NCBI GenBank assembly: GCA_902385255.1
Contig: CABMEV010000010.1
Coordinates: forward strand, 64,114 to 128,113
Length of the DNA stretch: 64,000 bases
Reading direction: 5' to 3'
From: Candidatus Tiddalikarchaeum anstoanum
GTDB taxonomy: Archaea; Nanobdellota; Nanobdellia; Tiddalikarchaeales; Tiddalikarchaeaceae
Below are positions 39,073-49,577 of the stretch, piece after piece (within the stretch, counting starts at the first letter, position 1; each line of letters begins with the position of its first letter). Position numbers and translations under genes: made by a program. The notes under the pieces were generated by a model, which saw nothing but the letters and a program-made list of their open reading frames with translations, was not told where the DNA came from and searched no databases.

Positions 39073-39717
39073 CTAAACATTCTTTTTCTCAAGTATGAAA
39101 AAATAATGATACGAGTTTAACACTGGCTGAAACTCTTTTTTAATATTAAAGAATTTCTTAAGCAGCCCCTTTATTTTTGCCTTTGAATACTCTTTCCTGC
39201 CCATTTCCCAATAATGCTCCTTATTTTTTTTGAAGCTTTTAGACCAGTATGGTATGCGTACAGCCATGTTCAATTTTAGGTTAATTAATGGTATGCGCAG
39301 CCTTGTTAAGTTTTCAAAATATGCACAACTATATGGTATTGAGATTATTACATTGTGTTTTGAAACGCGCCTTAGTTCCTTAAGTGCTGTTTCGACTTCA
39401 TGGAAGTCTATATGCTCAAGTATTTCGCAGGCGATTACGGTGTCAAAAGAATTGTTGCCAAAAGGGATTTTTCGTATATCCCCAACTTTGTCAGGTTTCA
39501 AGTTTTTGTCAATATCACATGTAGTTATGTCAAAACCTGACTCTTTCAAATAATTGCAGACTGTTTTATTTCCTATACCTATCTCCAATACTTTGCCTGG
39601 CTTAGTTTTGATAACTGAATCAATCTGGTAAAAATAAGAGATAAACCGTTCAACAGTGTCATAACCATTGAAATAATGGTCCTTTTCAACTTGTATACTT
39701 GGTTTTTTCAAAGCCAT
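39073..39717 (-). CDS. Class I SAM-dependent methyltransferase
   Basis: 214 aa. VLEIGIGNKT motif I, FDTVIACEILEHI motif II. Confidence 0.8.
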   Translation of the reverse strand: MALKKPSIQVEKDHYFNGYDTVERFISYFYQIDSVIKTKPGKVLEIGIGNKTVCNYLKESGFDITTCDIDKNLKPDKVGDIRKIPFGNNSFDTVIACEILEHIDFHEVETALKELRRVSKHNVIISIPYSCAYFENLTRLRIPLINLKLNMAVRIPYWSKSFKKNKEHYWEMGRKEYSKAKIKGLLKKFFNIKKEFQPVLNSYHYFFILEKKNV

Positions 39718-39720
39718 AAA

Positions 39721-40254
39721 TTATTTCCTCGCTTCAGCATAATAAGCCAATGGCATTAGGCGAAAACCATACTCTTTTATTTTAACGTCTTTAAATTTTT
39801 TAAGAATCTCCTTTAAGCCGTATTTAGTGAACCTGTAATAGTCACCTGGTTCATCATGCAGTGGGAACGCAAAAGGTATTACGAACAGGGCTACTCCTCC
39901 TTTTTTCAGCGCTTTGTAAATATTATCCACTGCTTTTTTCGTATTTATCACGTGTTCTAATACGTTAAGGCAGAGAATAATGTCAAATTCCTTGTTAAAA
40001 CGCATTGTTGTAACATCGACTAATTTATGGCCGTACTCTTTTTTAATATCAGATTGAGTGAAATTATTCGACTTGTCGAAGAATCTCCTTGTCGAGTAAT
40101 AATACTCGTCATTTTTCTTTTTCCCGCTCCCAAGCTCTAATATTTTTTTGTTTTTAACACCAGCCGCAAACTTTTTTACTTGTTCATTATTGAATCTTCT
40201 AATAGAAATTATGCTTAAACCAATGTTTTTTATGATAGTGTTCATCTTATGCAA
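39721..40254 (-). CDS. Class I SAM-dependent methyltransferase
   Basis: 177 aa. ILELGSGKK, FDIILCLNVLEHV. Confidence 0.7.
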   Translation of the reverse strand: MHKMNTIIKNIGLSIISIRRFNNEQVKKFAAGVKNKKILELGSGKKKNDEYYYSTRRFFDKSNNFTQSDIKKEYGHKLVDVTTMRFNKEFDIILCLNVLEHVINTKKAVDNIYKALKKGGVALFVIPFAFPLHDEPGDYYRFTKYGLKEILKKFKDVKIKEYGFRLMPLAYYAEARK

Positions 40255-40915
40255 GCTTACCTCTTATTACTGCAATTAAGAATGTCCAACAGCTTTTAAA
40301 AAAATGCAGTTTGCTCATGCCAAATCTTTGTTCTGTCTTTATTGGGATTTCAGTATACTTCATCCCGTTTTTTATTACGCGCGCAGTTAACTCAGCTTCA
40401 TAATCAAGATTGCTCGCTTTTGAAGGCAGTCCTGCAACTTTTCTATTGAATACCCTCAAACCTGAAGTGACATCAGTAACTTTATGCATTAAAATTATGG
40501 TCGTAACCCAAGCACCTAACACGTTTGCAATAGCCCTCCTCCAGGAATACCCTTTTGGAAATCCATTCATGAACCTGGAACCAACCACTATATCATAACC
40601 TGTTTCTAATTTTTTTACAAGTTTAGGTATCTCTTCAGGAGGGTATGTACAGTCTGCATCTATAGTCGCAATAATGTCATATTTTGCATTTTTATAGCCT
40701 GTCTGCAATGCATGCACTTTTCCCTTGTTCTTTTTATGCTGCAGGATTTTTGTATTCTTGTCAGCGAATTTCTTCATAATATCCCATGTTTTATCGCTTG
40801 ACCCGTCATCAATGATTATTATCTCAGCATCAGGATTTGATTTTAACACCCTTTTGTAGGTTCTTTCCAAGCCTTCTTCCTCATTAAAAGCTGGGATTAT
40901 TATTGAGTAATTCAT
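40247..40915 (-). CDS. Family 2 glycosyltransferase (Dol-P-sugar synthase-like)
   Basis: 222 aa. MNYSIIIPAFNEEEGLERT...IIIIDDGSSDKT...IDADCTYPP. Confidence 0.85.
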   Translation of the reverse strand: MNYSIIIPAFNEEEGLERTYKRVLKSNPDAEIIIIDDGSSDKTWDIMKKFADKNTKILQHKKNKGKVHALQTGYKNAKYDIIATIDADCTYPPEEIPKLVKKLETGYDIVVGSRFMNGFPKGYSWRRAIANVLGAWVTTIILMHKVTDVTSGLRVFNRKVAGLPSKASNLDYEAELTARVIKNGMKYTEIPIKTEQRFGMSKLHFFKSCWTFLIAVIRGKLA

Positions 40916-40963
40916 AGTTAATTTCAGAATTAGTTAATCTTTTTATATCTTTATATTTAGGAA

Positions 40964-42127
40964 TTAGTTTATTTTTGAGCTTATCAGCTTATTATACAGA
41001 GGGATGAGGTTGTTCTTAATATGCTCATGCCAGTAAAATCTTTTTATGGTGTTCATCTCGTTTTTTTGGATTTCTTCATATAAAAATTGGTCTTCAAGTT
41101 TTTTAACTCCACTGGCTATCTGTTCAGGGTGCAATGGTTCAACTAAGAATCCTTCCTTTAGATTAGTCACTATTTCGGGCGTTCCACCGATATTAGTTGC
41201 TATTATAGGTGTTCTTGTAGTCATTGCATCATACAATGACACGCTTGCAGGCTCGTATATGCTTGGCAGGATAAATGCAAAACTTGAAAGCATATGTTTT
41301 ATCACTTCATTATGCGAGATACTGCCTATGAATGAGACCCTGTTTTCAAGTTTTTCTTTCTTCGCAAGTTCCTTAAGATGCGATTCTTCATTGCCGTTTC
41401 CTGCGATTACAAGGCGGTAATTTTTACGCAAAAAATGCAGGGAGCGTATCGCATCATCAACGTTTTTTTTGGATTCTAGTTTCAATGCACAGAATAACTT
41501 GTTCTTATCCCTTTTTTCCACTGCGTTAACAGGTTCAGCCCCGTTTCTAAACAAGAATATTTTTCCTCCATCTATATTATTATACTTCATTAGTTCATTT
41601 TTGATAAATAAGCTTGGAACAGTTATCATATCCACCTTCGATGCTATAAATTTCTGCAGCGAAAGCAGTAATTTTTTTAATAAGGTTTTTCTGTTGTAAA
41701 ATTCTTCAGGAGTTATGTCAGTTGTTCTTGCTTTTTTAATCTTTGAATAAAACTCTATCGCTACATCCCCTGTAAATTTTGAAATCTTCTTAATTTTTAC
41801 GCCTGATAATATCACTGCCAGAGATGATATGTTTAGGTCATGGCAGTGTATGAGGTCGTACTCATAATTTTTGCATAATTTTTTAATTGAACTGCTTAGT
41901 GTAAAAACCAATTTTAAAACGCTGAAAATATTATCCTTTGTCCTGTCAAATATTCCTGCCCTTATAAGATTATAATTGGATTTCTTATCCTCGTAACCCT
42001 TTAAACCATAAGTTAAGACATCAACACTATTGCCTAATTTTACTAATTCAGTTGCTATAACTGGCACTGTGGCAGCAGGCCCGCCTATTGAAGGCGGATA
42101 ATTTGCAGATATTATCAGTATTTTCAT
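40964..42127 (-). CDS. Family 4 glycosyltransferase
   Basis: 387 aa. MKILIISANYPPSIGGPAATV. Confidence 0.85.
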   Translation of the reverse strand: MKILIISANYPPSIGGPAATVPVIATELVKLGNSVDVLTYGLKGYEDKKSNYNLIRAGIFDRTKDNIFSVLKLVFTLSSSIKKLCKNYEYDLIHCHDLNISSLAVILSGVKIKKISKFTGDVAIEFYSKIKKARTTDITPEEFYNRKTLLKKLLLSLQKFIASKVDMITVPSLFIKNELMKYNNIDGGKIFLFRNGAEPVNAVEKRDKNKLFCALKLESKKNVDDAIRSLHFLRKNYRLVIAGNGNEESHLKELAKKEKLENRVSFIGSISHNEVIKHMLSSFAFILPSIYEPASVSLYDAMTTRTPIIATNIGGTPEIVTNLKEGFLVEPLHPEQIASGVKKLEDQFLYEEIQKNEMNTIKRFYWHEHIKNNLIPLYNKLISSKIN

Positions 42128-42161
42128 TCGTATTCTAAACTATTTTTTACTTATTATGTGG

Positions 42162-43097
42162 TTATATTATTTTCTCTATTTTTACTTTGTTACTTGCGGC
42201 ATTGCTGCTGAAATACAAGCTAATAGACCTGAAATAAGCAAGCACGGACTCAGTTACAGCTATATCCAAGCTGTATCCTTTGATTAGCATCATAATAGTC
42301 ATCAATAAGAATGGCAGTATAACCATAGAAATAAGGATTGTATTGTAGAAACCAGCAATGACAGACGCCAAAATCCAGGGTGTTAAGAAGAAATCCTGGT
42401 CAAAAAAAGATATTTTTTCGCTAAATGATAATTTATTGAATACATTCCTCTTCCCGATGGCATACCAGTTATGCTTCTTGATTAAATCCAGTATTGAAGA
42501 ACTGTCTCCTTTGCTGTTATGGTACATTGAAACTTTATTTATCCTGTAAATTTTATACCCTTCTTTTGTTACCTTCAAGGAAATATAATGCTCTTCAGCT
42601 GCAGTGACAGTCTCGTCAAGTTCAGTATATTTTAAGATGACATTTTTCCTAAACATGTAATTTCCAGAAACTTTGGAGACAAACCCGAACTTGTCATTTT
42701 TGAATCTTTGAGTATACATTCTGCCTATTAATGAATCCTGGTTTTTTTCAACCCTTTTTCCTGACACAACTGCAATGTCAGGATTATCAAAAAGTTTGAC
42801 TGCTTCGCTGATAAATTCCCTGCTCACAGTTGAGTCTCCATTAACTATAAACACAAGTTCGCCTTTTGCAAGATTTATCCCTGATTTTAATGCCGCCCCT
42901 ATACTGGCTGCATCCATTTTATAAATCGAGACGCCTCTTATTTTTTTGGCAACTTTTATTGTATTATCATTTGAAAAACTATCTATTAAAATTATTTCCA
43001 AGTTTTTATAAGATGAATTCTTTATCGAGATGATGCAGTCTTTTATCTTATCTTCTTCATTTCTCGCCAGGATTACTACGCTTACATTCTTAGTCAT
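42162..43097 (-). CDS. Family 2 glycosyltransferase
   Basis: 311 aa. VSVVILARNEEDKIKDCI. Confidence 0.85.
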   Translation of the reverse strand: MTKNVSVVILARNEEDKIKDCIISIKNSSYKNLEIILIDSFSNDNTIKVAKKIRGVSIYKMDAASIGAALKSGINLAKGELVFIVNGDSTVSREFISEAVKLFDNPDIAVVSGKRVEKNQDSLIGRMYTQRFKNDKFGFVSKVSGNYMFRKNVILKYTELDETVTAAEEHYISLKVTKEGYKIYRINKVSMYHNSKGDSSSILDLIKKHNWYAIGKRNVFNKLSFSEKISFFDQDFFLTPWILASVIAGFYNTILISMVILPFLLMTIMMLIKGYSLDIAVTESVLAYFRSISLYFSSNAASNKVKIEKII

Positions 43098-43105
43098 ACA
43101 TTATC

Positions 43106-44584
43106 CTATTTTTTAATTAATTTAAAAAAATCTCCTAAAACTAAAGATTTATGTATTAATTTGTCTAAAGCAATTCCTGGATGTCTTAAAAAATATTTTA
43201 CCATTTCTTTTTTGAGCTCTGATTTATATTCTTTCAGGGCTTTATCGAGATCATCCTTGCTGAATTCTTTCGTTGAAATAGGGTGGTTGCCGTCAATTTG
43301 TGTTGCAGTGGCAAAATCTTTATCATTCATTTTTTTAATGATTTTATTTTTTACGCATATATTGTATAATTCTGTCCCGTACAATGGTGTGGCTACGCTG
43401 ACATAAGGGTAACAATCGTATTCCCTTAACAATTTTATGGCTAAATTCAGTGTTTCCTTTATATTATCCAACGTTTCCCCAGGCAATCCTACGACATAAA
43501 AAGCGATTAAAACGATTTTTAATTTCTTGCAGTCCTTTACGACTTCCAAGACTTTTTTTAAAGACAGGTTCTTCTTTATTATCTTATCAAGGACGTACTG
43601 GTTTCCTGATTCTATTGCTATCTTAATCATCTTACAGCCTGATTTTTTCATTTTTTTCAGCAAATTGTAATCAAGGGAATCTGCGCGCAGGCCATTTGGC
43701 ACATCCCATTTTATATTAAGCTTGTTTTCTATTATCTTGTCAAGGATGGCTTCAAATCGTTTTCTGTCAAGGGAGAAATTATCATCTTCAAAGTGGAAAT
43801 TTCGTATCCCCAACTTGTTAATGCAGAGTTTAAGGTGATTAATCACATAATCAGGTGAGTTAGCGCGCCAGCCATTTCCCATATGCAGTTTTATAGAGCA
43901 GAATACGCAGTTGAAAGGGCAGCCCCTGCTTGTTATTATTGAAATAGATTTCTTACCTAAGTCCCCTCTAGTTGCGTATAAATATTTATTTTTTAGATAA
44001 TCATTTATGTTTATTAAATCATAAGCCGGCAATGGCAGGCTGTCCAAATTTTTTATGAAAGGCCTTGCTTTGTATTGTATTTTTTTGTCTTTTTTGTACG
44101 CTAATCCTTCAATGTTGTACAGGTTTTGTTTTGAACTGAATTTTTTCACGACTTCGAAAAAAGTCTCTTCACCTTCGCCGACTACGCAGAAATCGCACGT
44201 TTTCTCTTTTAGAAGCATATCATATCTAACTGAAGCGTCGGGGCCGCCGAAGATAACTATTATTTTTGGGTTTACTTCTTTGCATATCCTGCTTATCTTA
44301 ATTGCTTGCTCTGACTGGGCTGAAAAAGGTATGGAAATACCGACAATATCAGGGTTTTCATTTTTTATTATCTCTTTTATCCTCTTAAAAGATGTGCCGT
44401 AAAGCGTATATTCTTTCTTCTTTAATATCTCAAAATCAGTAACCAGGCAGTCTAAGATTTTAACATCGCATATTTTTTTAATCATTGCTCCAACATATAA
44501 TAACCCAATTGGGAAATAGACGTTAAACATCCTTGAAGAACCAAAATACTTCTGTGGAGGGTTTATTAACAGTACTCTTGGCAT
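43106..44584 (-). CDS. B12-binding radical SAM enzyme (class B; putative glycan C-methyltransferase or modifier)
   Basis: 492 aa. N-terminal cobalamin-binding-like region (IVIFGGPDAS) and a radical SAM cluster motif RGCPFNCVFCS. Confidence 0.9.
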   Translation of the reverse strand: MPRVLLINPPQKYFGSSRMFNVYFPIGLLYVGAMIKKICDVKILDCLVTDFEILKKKEYTLYGTSFKRIKEIIKNENPDIVGISIPFSAQSEQAIKISRICKEVNPKIIVIFGGPDASVRYDMLLKEKTCDFCVVGEGEETFFEVVKKFSSKQNLYNIEGLAYKKDKKIQYKARPFIKNLDSLPLPAYDLININDYLKNKYLYATRGDLGKKSISIITSRGCPFNCVFCSIKLHMGNGWRANSPDYVINHLKLCINKLGIRNFHFEDDNFSLDRKRFEAILDKIIENKLNIKWDVPNGLRADSLDYNLLKKMKKSGCKMIKIAIESGNQYVLDKIIKKNLSLKKVLEVVKDCKKLKIVLIAFYVVGLPGETLDNIKETLNLAIKLLREYDCYPYVSVATPLYGTELYNICVKNKIIKKMNDKDFATATQIDGNHPISTKEFSKDDLDKALKEYKSELKKEMVKYFLRHPGIALDKLIHKSLVLGDFFKLIKK

Positions 44585-44636
44585 ATTTAGATATGGTTCA
44601 CTTAATGTTTTATAATATTTTCTATTCTTACTTGTC

Positions 44637-46202
44637 TTATATTTTTATATCAGCACTGGATTCTGAACAATTCTGCTGGAAATCTACGAAATCCCTGCCT
44701 GTTTCTGTATTAATAAGCCAGGTCATATTTTTTGAAACACTGAAATTAAAAATTGTGTAATTGTTCCTCAGCAGCTTAATGCTGTTCATTATATGCAGAA
44801 ATGTTTTGTTGCCAGAACCCTGGAAGGGTGAGTCATAAAAGATATTATTGTATTCTCCCTTTTCCGCAAGATAAGCCGTACTAATACATACGGAATCATT
44901 TGAGGTAATATTTTTCTGCAAATCCACTAATCGGGTAAAGTATGACTGGTCTACATCCCACTTAGTTGAACTCTTGAAATATGAAGGGAACATCAAAAAA
45001 TAGATTAAGTACAATAACATTGCAGCATAAATTAATTTTTTATTTATTTTATCTATTATTTTGGAATATAGTATTGAGGAAGGTATTATCAGCAGATAAG
45101 CATATTTTATTACCATATATGCTTGTTTTATTTCAAAGAATAAAAAGTAAGTAAACAAATAATTCGTAATAAAGATTACAAAGAGCACTAATGGAGGTAT
45201 TAGGAATGCGATTGTTAAAAACAACACCGCCTTGTCTTTTAGGAACATCTTAATGTTTTTTACTGCATAATATAATAAGGGGATAAATATTAAGACTGAA
45301 CATATGTTCGGTATTGTAATTCCTCCCCTGATGAAAAATATAACCTCTAATCCAGGCATGTTATTAAACATGCGTATTATGTAAAAAGCAGCCAGCTGTA
45401 GACTTTCTATTGTGCCGATGAATAATCCAAGCAGGTATATGTGGTATTCTTTTTTATAGTTGAATACCAGATTTAGCAAAAGGAATAAAAATCCTATTAA
45501 GAAATAATGAGGATAAGTAAGTCCAAGTGCTCCGAAAAAAAAACTGCTAAACAAGTATTCTTTGCTGAAAAAAAAGTATAATACCAATAATAAGTATAGT
45601 ATCCCGAGTATGCTTGGTATATAACCCTGACCTAGTTCCAAAAGAAGTATTATCGAGAATGAAAATAAGCTTGTTGAAATTAAACTATTATTTTCATTGT
45701 TAAATAATTTCATATTAATTTTGTACAGCACCCATGATGAATATATCATGAATACTAAAGCAGAACAAAATCCTGTTATTAGCTCATTTTGCGGCAAAAT
45801 ATGTATTAAGAAAGCCAGTATTGTGTAAATCCCAACAGGGTAAGTGTGCACGAAACTGGTTTGGGTTGCACTATGATCTGTAACATAAAATAAGCTGTCA
45901 GTGTCAGATACGACCTTGCTGACTGATATGTGATTATAGAAGTCCGGGCTGTCAGTTATCAGCGTGAGTTTATCAGTCATGAGTATTAGCGCAAGCGCCT
46001 GGACTGCAATTATTATCAGCAGCTTGTAATTAACATGTACATTTTTAAAATCCGTATTAACCAATAAAAAAATGACTGCGGCAATGTCTATTATTGCAGT
46101 CACACCAAAACTGATATTAAAATAAAGAAGCAGGTAAGATGCGAATTGGGTGAGTAATAATAGTACACCAATAGCGTTAAACAATGATAATTTTTTTGCC
46201 AT
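44637..46202 (-). CDS. Polytopic membrane protein with a C-terminal extracytoplasmic domain (Wzy-like polymerase, ligase or GT-C candidate)
   Basis: 521 aa. About 12 TM in the first ~400 aa. The C-terminal ~120 aa is soluble with N-x-S/T sequons. Confidence 0.35.
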   Translation of the reverse strand: MAKKLSLFNAIGVLLLLTQFASYLLLYFNISFGVTAIIDIAAVIFLLVNTDFKNVHVNYKLLIIIAVQALALILMTDKLTLITDSPDFYNHISVSKVVSDTDSLFYVTDHSATQTSFVHTYPVGIYTILAFLIHILPQNELITGFCSALVFMIYSSWVLYKINMKLFNNENNSLISTSLFSFSIILLLELGQGYIPSILGILYLLLVLYFFFSKEYLFSSFFFGALGLTYPHYFLIGFLFLLLNLVFNYKKEYHIYLLGLFIGTIESLQLAAFYIIRMFNNMPGLEVIFFIRGGITIPNICSVLIFIPLLYYAVKNIKMFLKDKAVLFLTIAFLIPPLVLFVIFITNYLFTYFLFFEIKQAYMVIKYAYLLIIPSSILYSKIIDKINKKLIYAAMLLYLIYFLMFPSYFKSSTKWDVDQSYFTRLVDLQKNITSNDSVCISTAYLAEKGEYNNIFYDSPFQGSGNKTFLHIMNSIKLLRNNYTIFNFSVSKNMTWLINTETGRDFVDFQQNCSESSADIKI

Positions 46203-46204
46203 AC

Positions 46205-47149
46205 TTATTTCTTATCTTGATATATTTTTAATGATTTTGAATTTGCTATAAGCACATTAAGGATAAACAAAGATAGTATGAATAATATGGATGAGGAGAG
46301 TGAAAAACTTATTACTCCCTCAGCAGGTATGTTCAATAATCCGAAGAAATAAACGAGCGACACTTCACGCAGACCGAATCCTGAGAAACTGATTGGCAGC
46401 ATTGAAATTATTGTGATTAACGGGAATACCAGAGTTACGAAATAGAACGGTACGTACACTTTGAAGCCCAGTAAGAATACGAATGTTATAAAATAAGTGA
46501 ACAGCCAGTAAATTATGGATACTAAAAGCGATTTGAACAGCGCTTTTTTATTTGACATCAACGTTTTAAAAGCATCATTCACTTTTTCTGATATTTCTGA
46601 AACTCTCTTCCTGAACTTATTTGGGATGATTCTGATAAAGAATTTATTGTACTTAATATAGAGGAAGAATGCGACAATGCATGCAAAGAAAAATGCAAAG
46701 CCTGCAATCAGATAAAGCAGGTTGTTAACCTCAAAGGCGTTTAGGAAGACTGAAAAGAAGCATATGATGAAGATAGAGAAGTAACTTATTATCTTGTCCA
46801 TAAAAACAGTTGATAATGCCTTGCTTTTTGATATGCCTGTGGCTTTTGATAATATGAACCCTCTTGAAAAATCACCGACTTGTCCTGGTGTTATCCTGCC
46901 TGAAAATGTTCCTATTATAAGGGCAAAAAACGCATCTTTCAAGCTATACTCAGTGAAAATTTTGACAAGTATAATCCATTGGATGCTCTTTATCAACTGG
47001 CTGAAAATTGAGCCAACTATGAATATTATAATGTAAAAAGGGCTGATTGACAAAAGAGCGTTTAAAACAGCCTTAATATCATATTTGGAGAATAAATATA
47101 TGAAGAATATAATACTTAAAAATATTAATAATAATTTTTTAATGTTCAT
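46205..47149 (-). CDS. UPF0104 flippase-like membrane protein (paralogue of 32819..33772)
   Basis: 314 aa. ...ISPFYIIIFIVGSIFSQLIKSIQWIILV... has the same family pattern. Confidence 0.6.
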   Translation of the reverse strand: MNIKKLLLIFLSIIFFIYLFSKYDIKAVLNALLSISPFYIIIFIVGSIFSQLIKSIQWIILVKIFTEYSLKDAFFALIIGTFSGRITPGQVGDFSRGFILSKATGISKSKALSTVFMDKIISYFSIFIICFFSVFLNAFEVNNLLYLIAGFAFFFACIVAFFLYIKYNKFFIRIIPNKFRKRVSEISEKVNDAFKTLMSNKKALFKSLLVSIIYWLFTYFITFVFLLGFKVYVPFYFVTLVFPLITIISMLPISFSGFGLREVSLVYFFGLLNIPAEGVISFSLSSSILFILSLFILNVLIANSKSLKIYQDKK

Positions 47150-47203
47150 TACTTGAAAACTTAGTTAAGGGCGGGTTTTAAATTTGTTTTGTAATGAAAA
47201 TCT

Positions 47204-47217
47204 TTTTATTAAATAGC
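47204..47217 (+). promoter_or_regulatory. TATA-like element (TTTTTATTAAATAG) about 22 nt upstream of the wecB ATG
   Basis: Seen in sequence. A second A/T box is at 47177-47186. Confidence 0.4.
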
Positions 47218-47231
47218 ACTTAATTCATATT

Positions 47232-48314
47232 ATGCTTAAAGTCGCCGTCTGTTTGGGCACCCGTCCGGAAATAATTAAAATGAGTCCGATAATCCGCGCT
47301 CTTATTGATGAAAAAATTGAATATTTCATCCTTCACTCAGGGCAGCATTATTCATATAACATGGATAAATTATTCTTTGAGGAATTAAATCTTCCAGCCC
47401 CAAAATATAATCTTAACGTCGGGTCAGGGACTCATGCAAGCATGACTGCGAAGATAATGGAAGAATCTGAAAAAATATTTTTAGACGAGAAGCCAACGCA
47501 TGTTTTTGTGCAGGGAGATACGAATACTGTTCTTGGCTGCAGTATGGGCGCATTTAAGATTGAAGGAATTAAGCTTTGCCATGTTGAAGCAGGGTTAAGG
47601 AGTAATTTATGGTATATGCCTGAGGAAAAAAACAGGGTAATTGTTGATCACATATCAGATATCTTATTCGCGCCAACGAAGGAATCAGTAAAACTGCTTA
47701 AGAAAGAAGGAATACCTTCAAAAAGGATATTTCTAACGGGCAATACAATAGTAGACGCCACAATTCAAAATATCAAGCTTAAGGACGAGACTGAAACATT
47801 GTCTAAATTCAACCTTGAAAAAAAGAAATTTATAATAGTGACAGTCCACAGGCAGGAAAACGTGGATAATAAAAATAGTTTATTGTCAATATCCAATGCT
47901 ATAAACGAATTGAGCAATGATTATACAATACTATGGCCCATTCATCCGAGAACTAAAGAAAGGATTAAGGAATTTAACATAATAATTAATAAATCTATAA
48001 AAATTGTAGAACCAATAGGATACCTTGATTTTCTTAACCTGATAAAAAACGCCAGCTTGGTGCTGACTGATTCGGGCGGGCTGCAGGAGGAAAGTTGTAT
48101 ACTTAAAACTCCCTGTGTAACACTGCGCGAGAATACTGAAAGGCCTGAAACGTTAAAGGCGGGCAGTAACATGCTGTCAAAACTGGATAAGAAAAAAATA
48201 ATTAAAACAGTCAACGTGATGATTAAAAGAAAGCCCAGATGGAAGAACCCGTTTGGTGACGGCTTTGCTGCTAAAAAAATTATAAATATATTAAAATCCG
48301 AGCGTAAAAGCTAA
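47232..48314 (+). CDS. wecB: UDP-N-acetylglucosamine 2-epimerase (non-hydrolysing)
   Basis: 360 aa. MLKVAVCLGTRPEIIKMSPII N-terminus and HVEAGLRS are characteristic. Confidence 0.92.
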   Translation: MLKVAVCLGTRPEIIKMSPIIRALIDEKIEYFILHSGQHYSYNMDKLFFEELNLPAPKYNLNVGSGTHASMTAKIMEESEKIFLDEKPTHVFVQGDTNTVLGCSMGAFKIEGIKLCHVEAGLRSNLWYMPEEKNRVIVDHISDILFAPTKESVKLLKKEGIPSKRIFLTGNTIVDATIQNIKLKDETETLSKFNLEKKKFIIVTVHRQENVDNKNSLLSISNAINELSNDYTILWPIHPRTKERIKEFNIIINKSIKIVEPIGYLDFLNLIKNASLVLTDSGGLQEESCILKTPCVTLRENTERPETLKAGSNMLSKLDKKKIIKTVNVMIKRKPRWKNPFGDGFAAKKIINILKSERKS

Positions 48315-48338
48315 CATTTTTATAGGTTTAATTTAGAT

Positions 48339-49577
48339 ATGTTCATTATGAAACTTATGGACAAGATAAAGAGCAAGTCTGCTAAAATATGCGTTATAGG
48401 TATAGGTTATATGGGCCTGCCAATCTCTGCTCTCTTTGCTAAGCAAGGTTTTGATGTATTAGGTTTTGATGTTGATGCAAAAAAAGTTGAGCTAGTGAAT
48501 AAGTCAATACCTCCGTTTGAAGAAAAAGACCTGCCTGAACTAATTAAATCAGTGCGCTTTAAGTCAAAACTAAGGGCTTCATCAAAGATAGAAAAAGCTG
48601 ACATTTTTTTAATATCAGTGCCAACTCCAAAAAAGAACAATAATGCAGACTTATCCTTTGTAGAAGCAGCAACTAAATCAATATATTCAGTTTTAGAGGA
48701 GGGAAATCTCGTAATACTCGAATCAACAGTTCCCCCAAAGACTTCAATAAATCTTATCAAGCCACTCCTTGACCAGAAAAAAATAAAATATTACTTGGCC
48801 CACTGTCCGGAAAGGGCATTCCCAGGCAATACTATTTATGAATTAATTAATAATGACAGGATAGTCGGCGGCTTGGATGAAGAGGCAACAAGTCTGGCAA
48901 AAGAATTGTATTTAACATTCGTAAAAGGCAAAATATTTACCACAACTATTACCACAGCTGAGTTTTGCAAACTGGCGGAGAATACTTATCGTGATGTAAA
49001 CATAGCCCTCGCAAATGAGCTTGCATTATTATGCGAAGATGTAGGGATTAATGTTTGGGATTTAATTGAGCTCGCGAATAAGCATCCTCGTGTTAATATC
49101 CTGCAGCCTGGACCTGGAGTCGGCGGGCACTGCATACCTAAAGACCCAATATATTTGTACAAATCTTCCACCAAGGCTAAATTAATACCTATAGCCAGGG
49201 AGGTAAATGACAGTATGCCAAAACACGTTGTTGATATGATTAAAGAAGAGGTTAAAGGAGTAAAGAAACCAAAAATTGCATTGCTTGGCGCCTCCTTTAA
49301 AAAGAATGTGGATGACACGAGGGATTCGCCCACTGAATTCATTGCAAAACTATTATTAGACCTGGATTATGAAGTTAAAATACACGACCCTCTTGTTAAA
49401 ATGTTTAAATTTGAATTAAGCGATTATGATGCTTGCGTAAAAGATGCCGACTTAGTCGTTTTATTAATAGACCATGACTATTATAAAAGCAAGGATTTCA
49501 GCAAACTTAAAATATTAGATACCAGGAATTTTTACCCCAAAGCTGCAAGAAAATTAGGTGTTGGTTCTAAACCTTAG
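48339..49577 (+). CDS. wecC: UDP-N-acetyl-D-mannosamine dehydrogenase (nucleotide-sugar dehydrogenase)
   Basis: 412 aa. KICVIGIGYMGLPISALFA, catalytic GVGGHCIPKDP. Immediately downstream of wecB. Confidence 0.85.
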   Translation: MFIMKLMDKIKSKSAKICVIGIGYMGLPISALFAKQGFDVLGFDVDAKKVELVNKSIPPFEEKDLPELIKSVRFKSKLRASSKIEKADIFLISVPTPKKNNNADLSFVEAATKSIYSVLEEGNLVILESTVPPKTSINLIKPLLDQKKIKYYLAHCPERAFPGNTIYELINNDRIVGGLDEEATSLAKELYLTFVKGKIFTTTITTAEFCKLAENTYRDVNIALANELALLCEDVGINVWDLIELANKHPRVNILQPGPGVGGHCIPKDPIYLYKSSTKAKLIPIAREVNDSMPKHVVDMIKEEVKGVKKPKIALLGASFKKNVDDTRDSPTEFIAKLLLDLDYEVKIHDPLVKMFKFELSDYDACVKDADLVVLLIDHDYYKSKDFSKLKILDTRNFYPKAARKLGVGSKP

